The position numbers were made by a program, and so were the translations under genes. Under the pieces are notes generated by a model. That model was not told the DNA's origin and searched no databases. It worked only from the letters and a program-made list of their open reading frames with translations. A stretch of DNA of 62,971 nucleotides, counting the filler, from Intoshia linei (taxonomy: Eukaryota > Animalia > Orthonectida), in NCBI GenBank assembly GCA_001642005.1. It is 8 parts of 8 records of this genome, joined end to end, with 100 filler letters (N's around TTAATTAATTAA, not from the genome) between each part and the next. Parts side by side here need not be neighbours in the genome. Positions count along the whole stretch, not along the records: positions 17,255 to 33,089 come from LWCA01000896.1; positions 33,190 to 34,717 come from LWCA01002585.1; positions 34,818 to 40,899 come from LWCA01001713.1; 5 more parts are not named here. One strand, given 5' to 3'. Positions 24,966 to 37,500 of this stretch are shown piece by piece; the first letter of the stretch is position 1; each line of letters opens with the position of its first letter.

Positions 24966-25405
24966 TAAAATAAATAAGCTTTTTATTACGCTAAATCAGA
25001 GAAACAGTCTTGGAGTCCTCGACGAAAATTTTGTAAAATAGGGCCTTATTTTTAAATTAAATTGAGCATTTTAAACAATTATATTTTTCAAAATCATACA
25101 TATTTTGTGTGTCAAATCTGAACTATCGAGTCCACAGTTTGGACTATAGATCTGTGGAGAAATGGCTATGGTAGTGAATCCCAAATGACACAAAATCGCG
25201 AATCATTTTCAATAAAAAAAATGGCGAAACCCACAAGTAGTGCTTGCTCTCAAAAAATTTAAATATTTAAATTTTTTTATATGAATACAAAAATTTAACA
25301 TCTTCAAAGAATCATCATTAAATGTAATTTTGTCGATACTGAATTTTACTTGTCTATGCTTACTTATTACAATAAAAAAATTAGATTAAATTATATTATT
25401 TCATT

Positions 25406-26597
25406 CAGGGTGGTCCCAACCTTGCCCGCCAAATCAAATTCTGTGACCCGCGAAAGTTTTCAGTTATATATTTAGTAAAACAGGTGAACAATAAAAAATA
25501 AATACAATGTATATGATTGAATATTGATGTGAAATTTCGAACTATATTTGCTGAATTTGATTATATTAAACATACATTAGAGCTTTTGAATAATTCTAGG
25601 GATGTAGAAATTATAAATATGTCACACAATCTGTAATTAGTGTTGTGTGAATTGCAAACAGATTCTTTCTATAATAAAAATTTATTTCAGAACAAAAAAC
25701 AAAAAAACCTGATTTAACGGATCCTTTGTGAAACGGTGTATATCCAGTTTTAAATTTGAGTTGGGCATACATAAAATTTGCTGGACACATAAAGGCGCCC
25801 GGGCTTAAAGTTAAAAAAAATTGGTTTACAGAAACATCACAATTACCACATAACCTAACATTACTTTAAATTTTTTTAAATAATTGTGTCTTTTTCTATC
25901 TGTCTGTAGTAAGTAGTGGAGACAATTTTAAATTTTAATAAGTAAAATTGCATTTAAAAGTCATGTGGTTACTGCCCCAATTGGTTTTTAATTCTGAAAA
26001 TTCGTATAAATACATTAATGATCTATAAACGTGAAAAAATTCATATCAAACGTTTCACATCTCAATGCACTTCCAGATCAGTTATTTTTGGACACGCCTT
26101 ATAAATTCTTGTTACTTGTCCCAAGGTATTACTGTAATTCCGTATTTGTGTACTAATTATTATCAACTTGTTAGTTTTCGTACTTTACGATAATGATTCT
26201 AATTTTTTAAATATATTTTTAATTGGCTTCATTCATATTATGATACTCGTAGTAATTTTCTGATTAATTTGTAAAATTTTGAGTTTTTGAACTTATACTT
26301 GCCCTAATGATGAGAAACTTAATGCTTGCTTACGAATGTCAACAACCAAAATAGAAATTGATATAACTGTAATGATCAATGAAAAGTGAATGAGTATGTC
26401 CAAAACTTTAATAAATATTTGTTTTAAGTAAATATGCAGTGCAAGGGAGAAAAATCTTTTAGAAATTAGAGTAAAAGCAAAAACTAAGAGGCAAGAAATG
26501 ATAACATAATTGTGTGAAATGTTTTTTAATGTTGCGACCCTCGAAATTTGTAAAATGGTTTTTTTGCCCCCATTTGCCATGTGTTTGGACCTCCCTG
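25406..26597. mobile_element. ~1.2-kb hAT-like non-autonomous element
   Basis: TIRs cagggtggtcccaac / gtttggacctccctg; TSD degenerate. Confidence 0.45.
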
Positions 26598-27427
26598 ATT
26601 ATTTTAATGTACATAATATTTAACATCTTAATTTAAAAAATAAGTATATCTCATTCATAAAATCATAAATATAAATATATAACTTGGGAAGAATAGAAAA
26701 AACTAAGACAGAAATGGCGAAAATTATGTTTTTATTAATACAAAAATGTTCATTTACCAATTCAATAGTTATATCATATGCTTATACAATTAGGACAATT
26801 TCCCCTCATTTGATAGTGCATAAAGTTAGATATTGACGCCTGTCTAATATGATAAAATTGTTTTCGAGAAATCAATAAAATCAATTTGTCTATAATTATA
26901 CATGTAAGTTATATTGCATCTTTTAATTCAGATATGTAATTACATGAGTACTACTTTGTACAATGTACATGATTCATAGATATCATAACTATTTTGTCTC
27001 AAATTTATACCTTTTTAGGGTCTATTTTTTATTTCAGGAAACCGGAACATGGTAGTTTCGGATGTGTATGTTATCCAATACCAAATAAGTTCTTATTCTT
27101 AAAATAATTTTTTTTAATGTGCATTTTTAACATGGAAGCACACTTTTTGGCACCTCTGGCCTATAACTCATCCCAACGAGAATAATTAAATCGATGAGAT
27201 AATAATAAAACCATTTTATAAATCACGTCAAAAGCAGAATTTTCATATACCATATTGGGAAAGGAAATTTATAATTTATGCTAGAACCATTAATTCAGGA
27301 TTAATTAAAGCTGTGACAGTTAGAATTATGAGTTTTCACATCACAATTTGAATATTTATTGGAGGTTGACATTGAATAACCTTACATTTCGTATAACATA
27401 GAAAATCAAGAATAAATAGAATTTATA

Positions 27428-28015
27428 TTATATAATGATACATTTAAATTTCGGTTTCTTAACGTGCAACAATGACAGTCGAGCAATTTCGTTAAAAAGA
27501 TCGTTGACGCCAATTCTGGTTTTTGCAGAACACTCACGAAAAGTGTCAAAATTAACTTTGCTGCACATTTCTTTAGTGTGTGAAAATTCAAGAGGTTTTT
27601 GATTAATGAGCGATAGCATATTGATTATTTCTTCATCTTCGCGCAAATCAACTTTAAGAGCACAGAGTACTTTTTTAGATTCTTTACAAAAATGGTTCAG
27701 CTCAATAGCCCATTTATCTTCAATGTTGTTATAAGAATCGGATGAATCAATTGCAAAAACTCCTAGAGCTACATCGGTTTCCGGGTAAGAAAGTGGACGA
27801 AGCCGATCATAATCTTCCTGTCCGGCAGTATCCCAAAGGGACAATTGAACTGTGCAATGATTCATATCTATGGTAGCTACATATGTTTCGAAAACTGTAG
27901 GCACATAGACCTCTGGGAAAGTATCTTTAACAAAGGATATCAACAGTGAAGTTTTCCCTACAGCTCCGTCACCGACAATAACCATTTTTTTACGGTAAAC
28001 TGGTTTTTGAGACAT
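27428..28015 (-). CDS. Rho1: RhoA-like small GTPase, paralog 1 (intronless CDS, CAAX = CIII)
   Basis: GDGAVGKT, YVPTVFETY, LWDTAGQEDYDRLRPLSYP, ECSAK, polybasic region plus CAAX. Confidence 0.93.
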   Translation of the reverse strand: MSQKPVYRKKMVIVGDGAVGKTSLLISFVKDTFPEVYVPTVFETYVATIDMNHCTVQLSLWDTAGQEDYDRLRPLSYPETDVALGVFAIDSSDSYNNIEDKWAIELNHFCKESKKVLCALKVDLREDEEIINMLSLINQKPLEFSHTKEMCSKVNFDTFRECSAKTRIGVNDLFNEIARLSLLHVKKPKFKCIII

Positions 28016-28637
28016 CTAAAATTAATAAATATTGATTACGTAAATATTACATTACTAGAATTTTGACAAGTTAGTTTATCACGTTATATTGGTTGCAATT
28101 GTTTCTCCAGATTAAATTTTAAACTTTATTCATATATAATCGTGAAGCGTACTAAATTTGGCGCAATTAGTAGTGGATACCGTTACTATATGACAATACT
28201 AAATTTGCTAAATAATGCAATCGTAATATTGAGTTGTATCGCAATCTGGCAACTTTTTAATTGTATTTACAAGGTTTATTTAAGTAGAGCACAATATATT
28301 CACAGTTTGACTTTCCAATATTTCATTATTGATTAATTTGATGATATTGGTAAGTAAAATCTTAGTAATCGATTCAATATGTATATTGCGTAATTCCAAT
28401 GTGGATGGATCCATTTCAATCTCAGTAGTTATATTTTAAATGTGCTTTAAATTCCATCACATGTTGATGGTATCATGTTGAAGGCGTGGGTAAGATGAGA
28501 TTGTTCTAAATATAGTTTAGGCAAAAGTGGACATTATCAAACTCAGCAAATAGAGTAATATTTAATAGTGACATTGACAAAATTTACAAACTTTCATAAG
28601 CAAATTTAACTGAAAATTGTCAGCTACATTGAATAAA

Positions 28638-29231
28638 TTACAGTATGGTGCATTTTAGGAATTTGGTTTTCTTTGGTGTATGCAAAAGTGACAGTTTGGC
28701 AATTGATTCAAAAAGTTCTTTGATACCAATTTTAGTTTTAGCTGAGCATTCATGGTGAGTATCAAAATTTACTTTTAGACACATTTCTTTAGTATGCGAT
28801 GATTGCAACGGTTTTTGGTTTACTAGAGACAGCATATTAATGATTTCTGGGTCTTCACGTAAGTCAACTTTTTGGGCAGCTAAAACCTTTTTGGCATCTT
28901 TGCAAAAATGTTCCAATTCTATGGCCCATTTTTCTTCAATGTTGTTAAAAGAATCAGTGGAATCAACGGCAAAGACGCCTAATGCAACATCCGTGTCTGG
29001 GTAGGATAATGGTCGTAATCTGTCATAGTCTTCTTGTCCCGCGGTATCCCAAAGAGATAGTTGTATCAAACAATTCCCCACTTCCACCGTTGCAAGATAT
29101 GTTTCAAAGACTGTGGGTACGTATAATTCTGGGAATTCGTCTTTTGCAAAACTTATCAATAAAGATGTTTTACCGACAGCACCGTCTCCCACTACTACCA
29201 TCTTTTTTCTACATACAGTTTTCTGTGACAT
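28638..29231 (-). CDS. Rho1: RhoA-like small GTPase, paralog 2 (intronless CDS, CAAX = CTIL)
   Basis: Same motifs as paralog 1; tandem duplicate about 620 bp upstream. Confidence 0.93.
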   Translation of the reverse strand: MSQKTVCRKKMVVVGDGAVGKTSLLISFAKDEFPELYVPTVFETYLATVEVGNCLIQLSLWDTAGQEDYDRLRPLSYPDTDVALGVFAVDSTDSFNNIEEKWAIELEHFCKDAKKVLAAQKVDLREDPEIINMLSLVNQKPLQSSHTKEMCLKVNFDTHHECSAKTKIGIKELFESIAKLSLLHTPKKTKFLKCTIL

Positions 29232-30154
29232 TTATCTAAATTTACTTTTAATTCTACTTTTTTTAAATTACCTAAACAATCTACAATATCCAGTTAGCAG
29301 CGTTGAATGTATGATTTTTATTTGATTAGTTTAACAATTTCATCAATTTTTTGTTTAATTACTGGTATGTGTACATTATTAACTTTATTCTCAACCTATA
29401 TTTTAATATAGGTTTTGAAAAAAAACAATTAAATAAATCATATATTAACAGTATTAATAGGGCTCAATATATATCACATACTTTTACATTTTTTGTATCA
29501 TCCATTTTAATATATACAATATACTAATTGAGTTAAATTACTATACAAAATAATGTATAAGATAAAATCTAAAAAGTACCTCAGTATTATGAAACGATTA
29601 CATTATTACATATTTATACGTATGAGTACAGTAGAGGTGTAAGTCAAAATTTGATATTAAAAGTACACTCACTCATCTTATAAGCAATTTTTGTGTCTTC
29701 AATTTGCACCCAATCTTGTTTTACAATTCTTTAAAAAAACGTTGGGGCTATGCCCTTAAAGTTTTGAACATATTATCGTTCATCGTAACTAATATTTATT
29801 AATTTTTTTAAAATTTTATTGATCAACCTCTCTGTTTGAAAAGCAGTCTTGCTACAAATGCTGATATTTTAGGACGCTATCACTATTTATTAAAATATCA
29901 AAAGGCTGTATCAACTGTTAAAATAATTGCTACTGAATTAATAAATTTGTGGAAAAAATGTAGTATTCCTCGTCAAGATATAAGACCGGTTATAAGAAAA
30001 ATCAATACCTGCATTAAAATGTATAAATATTAAAATACAAAAAAAGGAGGAAAACAGAAAAAATTAAATATTAAAAATTCATGGACAAAATTATTCGACA
30101 TTAAAACCAATCTATTTATTTGTATGGAAGATGAAAAGTTTTTTGAATTACATT

Positions 30155-31165
30155 TGAACTCCATCTTGCTGCATCTTCACTCTATGGAAAAATTTTCTTC
30201 ATTTGCTTTTCCAAGGATTCTCTGGTATTCTTGAGCGTTTACTCTTCCTACACATTTAATCAATATTCTTTTTCCATCTGCCCTAATACCTCCCCAAATC
30301 ATAATTGATTGGTTATGTTTTATGCTTCTACTAGTGTACCTTGATAAAAACTATGTTTTTTTTTTGGGTCTTTGTACATATACTCTCCTTTTTGAAAACA
30401 ATTCAAATCTACTTTCATCAGTAAAGGCTACATTTTGCCATTGGTTCGTCCATGCCACTTTTGCTTTACACCATTTTAAACGGTTTGATTTGTGAATTTT
30501 TTTCAGAAACGGTTTTCGACTTGCAATTCTTCCATATAATCCAAATCTATATAATACACATTGCAGTCCTCAAACTTGGATTTTTGGAATTATTCAAGTG
30601 TTGGTTTCCCTCCAAAGCTGTCAAGAATGGGTTTTTAATTGATTCCCTTTTTATAATAGCCTCTTCCCTAAATCTTAGCATGCGTTTTCTACCTGATCTT
30701 GGCAAGTCAGTTATGCATAACCGATTTTTATATTTTTTAATTATATTTTGAACCGCACATCGGGACATTATTATAATTTTACTTATAAAAACCTGACTTT
30801 TTTCTTCTTTGAATAAGGACACAACATTGTATCTTTTTTCGTCACTTATGCGCGTCATTTACTAAAAAAATAATAATATTTCATTTATAGATCATTACAT
30901 TTTAGTTTTTATTGAAATTTAATTAAGTTTAATTGAAATTGTGAAGGTGTCTAATACTTCTGTCGTCAATATTTTTAATATCGTAAACAAAAGTGAGTGG
31001 GAGAGTAACTTTTTATGACTAGTTTATGAAATCAGTATGATTATATGTTTGAGATCATGATTTCATTGTCTGATGTTTAATTTCAGGTTAATTCTAAGAA
31101 TTATTAACTTTATAATAGATTTTGATCAGAATGTTTAGGGTTCCTAAAACTTATGTCACGCACTG
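30155..31165 (-). mobile_element. Tc1-like transposon (frameshifted, 3'-truncated transposase)
   Basis: TA|CAGTG terminus at 31165-31167. HTH ORF 30547-30858 with PRSGRKR; downstream WQNVAFTDESRF, IMIWGGI and MQQDG catalytic-domain relics. Confidence 0.85.
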
Positions 31166-31502
31166 TAGTTGTAATTGCGTGTCTGTTTATTTATCTACGT
31201 CAGTGGTTCCCGACTCAAATAGAGTACGGACGACGATTTCAAAATATTTATTTTTTTTGGACTTCAAATGAAACATGAAATATAAAAAATTTATGCAAAA
31301 ATGTTTTTTTAAAGTTTTTTCTCGTGAGATGTAGTAAAATTGGATATTTTATATATTATATATTAGGTTTTGAGTTTTGGATGAGGAATTTGTTGCTATT
31401 AAGATTTGGTAAAATATGATTTTTCTAAAATCATATTGGAAAGAGGATATTTCATTAACATTTTATTTCATCCAATTTTTAAAAATTTTGAAGATCCGTT
31501 AA

Positions 31503-31677
31503 CCCTTTAATACTCGCAGAGGACATTTTGTTCGTTTTTTATGAATGAAAATAAATTAACATATTATATTTTGACATGAGCTATAGTAAATAATTAAAAT
31601 GTCACATTGTTTTTAAGATTTAATTTAATTGTTAATTAAATATGGTGTATACATCTGAGTACCTTATTTTCTAAGGG
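31503..31677. mobile_element. 175-bp piggyBac-like MITE
   Basis: TTAA|CCCTT ... AAGGG|TTAA (TTAA at 31499-31502 and 31678-31681). Confidence 0.65.
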
Positions 31678-32542
31678 TTAAGAATTTAATATATATAAAT
31701 AAAATATTTGAGAGATGATTACAAATAATGCACCTTTAATTTTATCAATAATGGTGGTGAAATATTCTCAAAAAAACCTAGATCATCGTGAAATGTTAAA
31801 CTTTAACACCCATCTGGGTTGTCTCATATAAGTTATTGTGATAAATGATTTATATTTGATCATGAAAGGGAATATGTTTTAATACAATTGTGTTTGCATA
31901 GGTTTTTTATGGATATTTGCCATTTTGGCTGAAATTATCGGATACACAGCAAGCTAGGATCAATGATATGTCATAATTATTTCTTGGGAATCAATGTCAA
32001 CAATTAATCCTATTTTGAATTAACTAATCTAAAGAATAATTAATTTTGCCAAACTAAAATTCATGAACCACAAGAATACTTTACAAATGATATTAGTAAT
32101 GTCAAACTTCTTGTGTTAACGATATAGCGGAGAGAGCATTCATGAAATTTAAGAAAGTCATTAATATTTTTTATATACAAATATTCTGATATTGTAGAAG
32201 ACGCAAGACAAAAAATTGTTTCAATAATGAACATTTTCAATAATAAAGACTTATATTGTAAATCTTATATTCTACTTTATAATAAAGATATCTTTTCAAA
32301 ATTTTCAGAACTTTTAAAGGCTGCCTGCAGACTCAATCCTTAACTATATTGATTAAAATTCAGAATTTCTTAATAATTTATTAATGTGAACCGATTTATC
32401 CCAGAGCGGCGTAGAAAATCTAAAAAAAATTTAAAATGTTGACACCCTAATGTACAATGTACATTAGGTGGTCCAAAATTAACGTTGGTCAAGCGATTCA
32501 ACAGACCATTAATTAATGCATTATACTGAATATTCTCTAATA

Positions 32543-33089
32543 TAGTGGTTTTCAACCTTTTTGTGTTCGCGACCCCCTTATAAACATAAAAAATTTTGGC
32601 GACCCAAAAATTTTCTATATACTCTTAATATCATCAATTCACATAAATAAAATTATTAAAGAAGCATATTCAGTTTTATTTATATTTTATACTGTGCTCA
32701 CTGACCACTGCTCAGTACACTGTATTATTTTAATCACTAAATTTATTTTCTTCATGTGAAATTTGAGGTTGCATTTTAGCTACAATTATTAATATCCTGG
32801 GCAGTGTATGCGATAAGGCTTATGTATGACATCTTGATATCATGATATTATATGAGATCTGTGTATTGACTTTATTTTTATATGAACAAGCGTAGAAAAT
32901 CCTGTTTCACACAAATAAGTTGACGGAAAAGATAGTAGCAATCTCAAAGCAATCGTAAATACATTTGGATATAAATCAACCATATCACACCAAAAAGTAC
33001 TTAGTGGTTTTTCATAGAAAATATTACGTACAATAGAATCATTTATTAAATCTATTACTTCATCCTGTATTTTATCGGGAATAGTTTAT
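32543..33089 (-). mobile_element. Buster/Charlie-type hAT element, 3' end with dimerisation-domain relic
   Basis: FWCDMVDLYPNVFTIALRLLLSFPSTYLCETGFS..MQPQISH; terminus tagtggttttcaacc; cut by spacer. Confidence 0.85.
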
Positions 33090-33189
33090 NNNNNNNNNNN
33101 NNNNNNNNNNNNNNNNNNNNNNNNNNNNNNNNNTTAATTAATTAANNNNNNNNNNNNNNNNNNNNNNNNNNNNNNNNNNNNNNNNNNNN

Positions 33190-34399
33190 ATACTATTTCT
33201 TAGCATCGATATAAAAAATACATCAATGACTCTGAAATAGACAATTAAGTATAAATAAAAATATTACATCATTCGGCAAGTCGTTTTTCTCTTTCTAAAA
33301 ACATATGAGAAATAGTTACATAACAAAAAAACCTCATCGCCCTCAATATTCAAATCTTTATTATCGGAATAAAATTTTTGCAGTTCAGGAGGTAAAGTAT
33401 TAATAACATCATCAATATTCATTTCACTTTCCTTGTTTAATTCATCAATTTCAGAATTATTATCAACGTCCGTTTCATCAGAACTTTCAGAGGATTCATC
33501 AACACATGAATCTGAAAATTCATATGGTACATTATCAACGAGGCTATTAGATAATTTCGTAGATTTTTCAATAATACATCCAAGTTGTTGATCCATAACA
33601 ATTTGCTTATTTTTTTCAACAACTTTTGCTCTTTTAAAATTGATAAATTTTTCAATACTGATCCAGAAATCTTTAATCATTTTAGCAATACAACCAGCCA
33701 TACGTTTTTCAAGATTTATTGTATTTTTTTCAAGTTTGTTGTCATAAAGAAACTCTTTGCCAAAATGACGTCGAATAGATCTTGATATTTGTTTAGACAT
33801 TACATTTTTCCATTTACGTTCAGCATAAAAATCTGTAGCCATCCATTTCATTTCATCTAGCAAATAATCCCAATGAGTTTTAATTCTTTTTGGTTCCACC
33901 AACTTTGGTAATCGATTTGCTGACCACAATCCTTGCAATCTTAAAGAATTGATTCTCTGCATGGTTACTGCTTCAGATTTTGCTTGATCATATGAATCTA
34001 TTGTTCGTTCAACAATAATAGGGGGTTTTACACACTTCGTTTCAGGAGATTCGATAATTGGAATTTTCAAAGTTAATCGTAAATCATCGTCAAACCTAAA
34101 GGAATTCTGAGCAACTAAATCAAAATAATTTTCCATGTACACTTTGGCATTCGCTTCAGTATCATTTGCCAAGAATCTGTTTCTGAATTCAACCCAGTCA
34201 TTTAATTTTGATATTCTTTTAAGGTTCTTGTCCATGTGAACTACATTTAAATGAGTAGTGTAGTATATGAGTCTCTTTATTATATCAGAACATGACTTTC
34301 TCTCATTAAAAAGTAAGGTTTGACGCTTGTCTCCTTTTTTAGACTTTTCAAGAGCATCCAAAGGAGGTTCCAACCTTGGTCGTTTTGATTTTTCAATAT
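33190..34399 (-). CDS. domino: domino/SRCAP/EP400 chromatin remodeller, N-terminal HSA region (partial; ATPase not in window)
   Basis: QAKSEAVTMQRINSLRLQGLWSANRLPKLVEPKRIKTHWDYLLDEMKWMATDFYAERKWK..IAKMIKDFW..LNKESEMNIDDVINTLP. Continues via a GAG|GT intron into the spacer. Confidence 0.9.
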
Positions 34400-35149
34400 C
34401 TAAATTAAAGATTAATGTTTAACATGAATTCAATGTACGATTTGTTAAAAATGGATGTTTAATAATATTTATTATATTATTTATTGATATTCCAAAATAA
34501 GATACCAAAAAAGTAATTTTTGGTTCAGTTATTTGGTACATAAAATAATTATCAGATAAAATTCAAACTTTAGCTAAAAAGAAAGAACTAAAATTGAAAT
34601 TGTTAATAAGAGACAGGATTCCAAATGAAACTCATTTTGTGTTTTAAAATATTACGAATATTTCCAAAATTGTTGCCAAATTTTAAAAAAATTCAGCTAA
34701 AAAGTAGGGACTAAAATNNNNNNNNNNNNNNNNNNNNNNNNNNNNNNNNNNNNNNNNNNNNTTAATTAATTAANNNNNNNNNNNNNNNNNNNNNNNNNNN
34801 NNNNNNNNNNNNNNNNNATTTGTTCTTATCATTGTTGCCCTTATGTGTTATAAACTCTTATATAAAGAAATGTAATCGGAGGGAAATTATATTAAAAATC
34901 AATAAATTTATTTCAATAATGTACCGTTTGTATTAGTCATGACAGCATTCAAATGAATTTTAATACATATAAAAGGGTATAAGTAATCATTTTAATTTTT
35001 TAATATCCTTTTTCTGATCTTTATTACGTTTATTTTTTTATTGGCGTGTCTGGTGGAAGAATTTGGCGTTTTAATAAAAAATTTAGCTTATCTTTCAATA
35101 ATTTGGCGGCTGGTGTTTAATTTGGCTTACGCAAAATAATATAATGAAT

Positions 35150-35870
35150 ATTAAAACATTCAAATTTAAATAAGAAACTACAACAACGAAACTAAAACAA
35201 CTTTGTTTATATCATTTTTATATTACAATCCTTCGCAACAATGGTAAAATTCCACTGAAATGTTTATAAAGTGAAGATTCTGTCAATTATTGATACATAA
35301 TTGGTATTTTTAAGTATTTATTAAATTGGTACTGAATATATGTCATCACATTGAAAATGACAAAATAGATTTTTATAATTTTATTTTTTCTGGAATTTAT
35401 GCTATTTTGACAAAATTTTTAATGAGTGTTTTTACTTTATTGTTAAGATTATACAACTCATTCTGTCTAATAAATTATTTCTTTAATTTTATTTTTTCTG
35501 GAATTTATGCTATTTATGACAATTTTTAGGATTGGACGTTTTTACTTTACTTTTACTATTATACACACATTCTGTCTAATAAATTAAAAAAATGGGATAA
35601 AAATTGTTTTTAAAATTATTTACGCAATCTTGACAAACAAAAAATTAAGATGGAATAATTCACTTTAAAGTAAAAANNNNNNNNNNNNNNNNNNNATGAT
35701 GGTTCCACCTGAAACAAATTTGGGAACCACTTCTTTAAAGGATTGATAATAGTGAATAGTAGGATTTTTAATATAGATTTTCAACATGAATTTATTTTTT
35801 TGGTATAATAAAAATGTGCCCTCGGCAGAGCTAGGTGCTGTTTGTACGTAGTACATAACAGTCAAGCTAG
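35150..35870 (+). mobile_element. Non-autonomous Helitron, 3' portion
   Basis: Ends ctgtttgtac-gta-gtacataacag (hairpin)-tcaag-CTAG|T. Internal ~115-bp duplication at ~35370-35585. Confidence 0.65.
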
Positions 35871-37500
35871 TCTGTTATAATTGGAAGGACATTTAATTTC
35901 ATAATTCAACGTTGAAAAGATTTTATGATTTTTATCAAAACAGAAATAAGCATTATAATCACATTATCTTAGATAAAATAAATTTCTCTCTGGGGATATT
36001 ATACTGTTCACTGCTAATTGATTTATCAATTTCAATTTTTAAAATAGAATATAATCAATGCATATTTTATTTTGCTAAAAATATAATATAATATAAGATG
36101 ACAAAAACTGGTTGTTAACCAAGGAGTCGCAAGTTATAATTAGAAGCAATTCGTTTACTATAGATAGATAATCAGACTGGGAATAATCTTTTAGAGAAGG
36201 GTTTCCAGCTGTTTGTGATACTAACCACTTTTAAAAATTTTTTATAGTCTGATATATTAAAATTATTATTTTTATTTACATGTTAATTTAATATTTATCA
36301 TTTTGAAAGTTTTTATACATTTAATAGTTATCAGCAGGGGAAATTTTTATTGACTCGAAAAAAACAAAAAATTGACTTTATAAATGACAAAGTTTACAAA
36401 AAATTGATTTTATGCTATTTTTTTATATAAACGTACGATTAAAAAGGAATAATGCAAAAAAAGTTTATTTTTTTCAAAGTATTTTGAATAGAAATACAAA
36501 ATAAAATACATTTTAAAATATTTTTAATATGATAATTATAATTATAATGTATTCAAAATTTAAAATTATATCTATAATGTCATTAATATGACAATAAAAG
36601 CAGGAAACCCCTACTTTGACCCTAAATTTAGACCACTTAGCAACCTCGAGAAATTATATGAGCATCACTTTCTGAGAATCTCGTGATCGGGACCAAGATC
36701 TAAGGTCGTTTAGTCAGACATTTTTTTAAAAGTGGTCAAACGGCTCGCTGTGCTATATGCTTTTAACAGTATTATTAAGTTTTTAGCCAATATTTCTGAA
36801 AATTTTATTATTAACAGTTACAGTTAAAAAAGGAAACACATCACATCAGAACGCGTATAACCGACTGATATATGAGATAGAAAAAATAAATAACTAAAAT
36901 TTTCGGTGATTTATATTTAATTTTTTGATCCCTTGGGAAGTCTGATTTAATCTATATGAATTGTAATGTTTTTCTTTTAATTTTTGTGACAACATAATTG
37001 TAGTAAGCTTAACATCAATTAATTGAGTTAAAGTAAATATGTCGGTCTAATTCTACCGTTTAATAAGCAACAATATTTGAAAATTAATGAATATACAATT
37101 TGATTGATTTTGTTCGTACTTTTTAATATTCATATACAATTGTATAATTTTATAACACAAACTCAACTCAAAAATTTTGAAAAGTAGGCCAAGTGAAAAA
37201 ATATCACCAAACCCGTTTGAAATTATTTTATCGAATAAATCAAAACTAAAGTTCCCCTTGAATATTTTTATGAAATTTTAATAAATATTTGCAAAATTTT
37301 CCGATGCACAATCTTAAAAAACACTACCCTCAAATATGAAATATCGGCCTACGGCTAAATATTAATATGGCGTCACTATCAAAACTTCTAATTGACTATG
37401 ACTCTGATATGCAATAATAAAAAATTCCATTTACTGGTCGAAATGTCCAGCAAAATTTTTTAAATGTATAAATTCTAAATAAAATGTGAATAAACAAACC

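Larger units (their letters stand above)
29632..32450 (+). mobile_element. Decayed hATm-like transposon hosting nested insertions
   Basis: N-terminal relic ATNADILGRY..INLWKKCSIP..LFDI (29836-30102) and C-terminal relic VNDIAERAFMKF (~32115-32150), which matches VNDPAERALMKY at ~16620. Right terminus caccctaa at ~32443. Confidence 0.6.
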
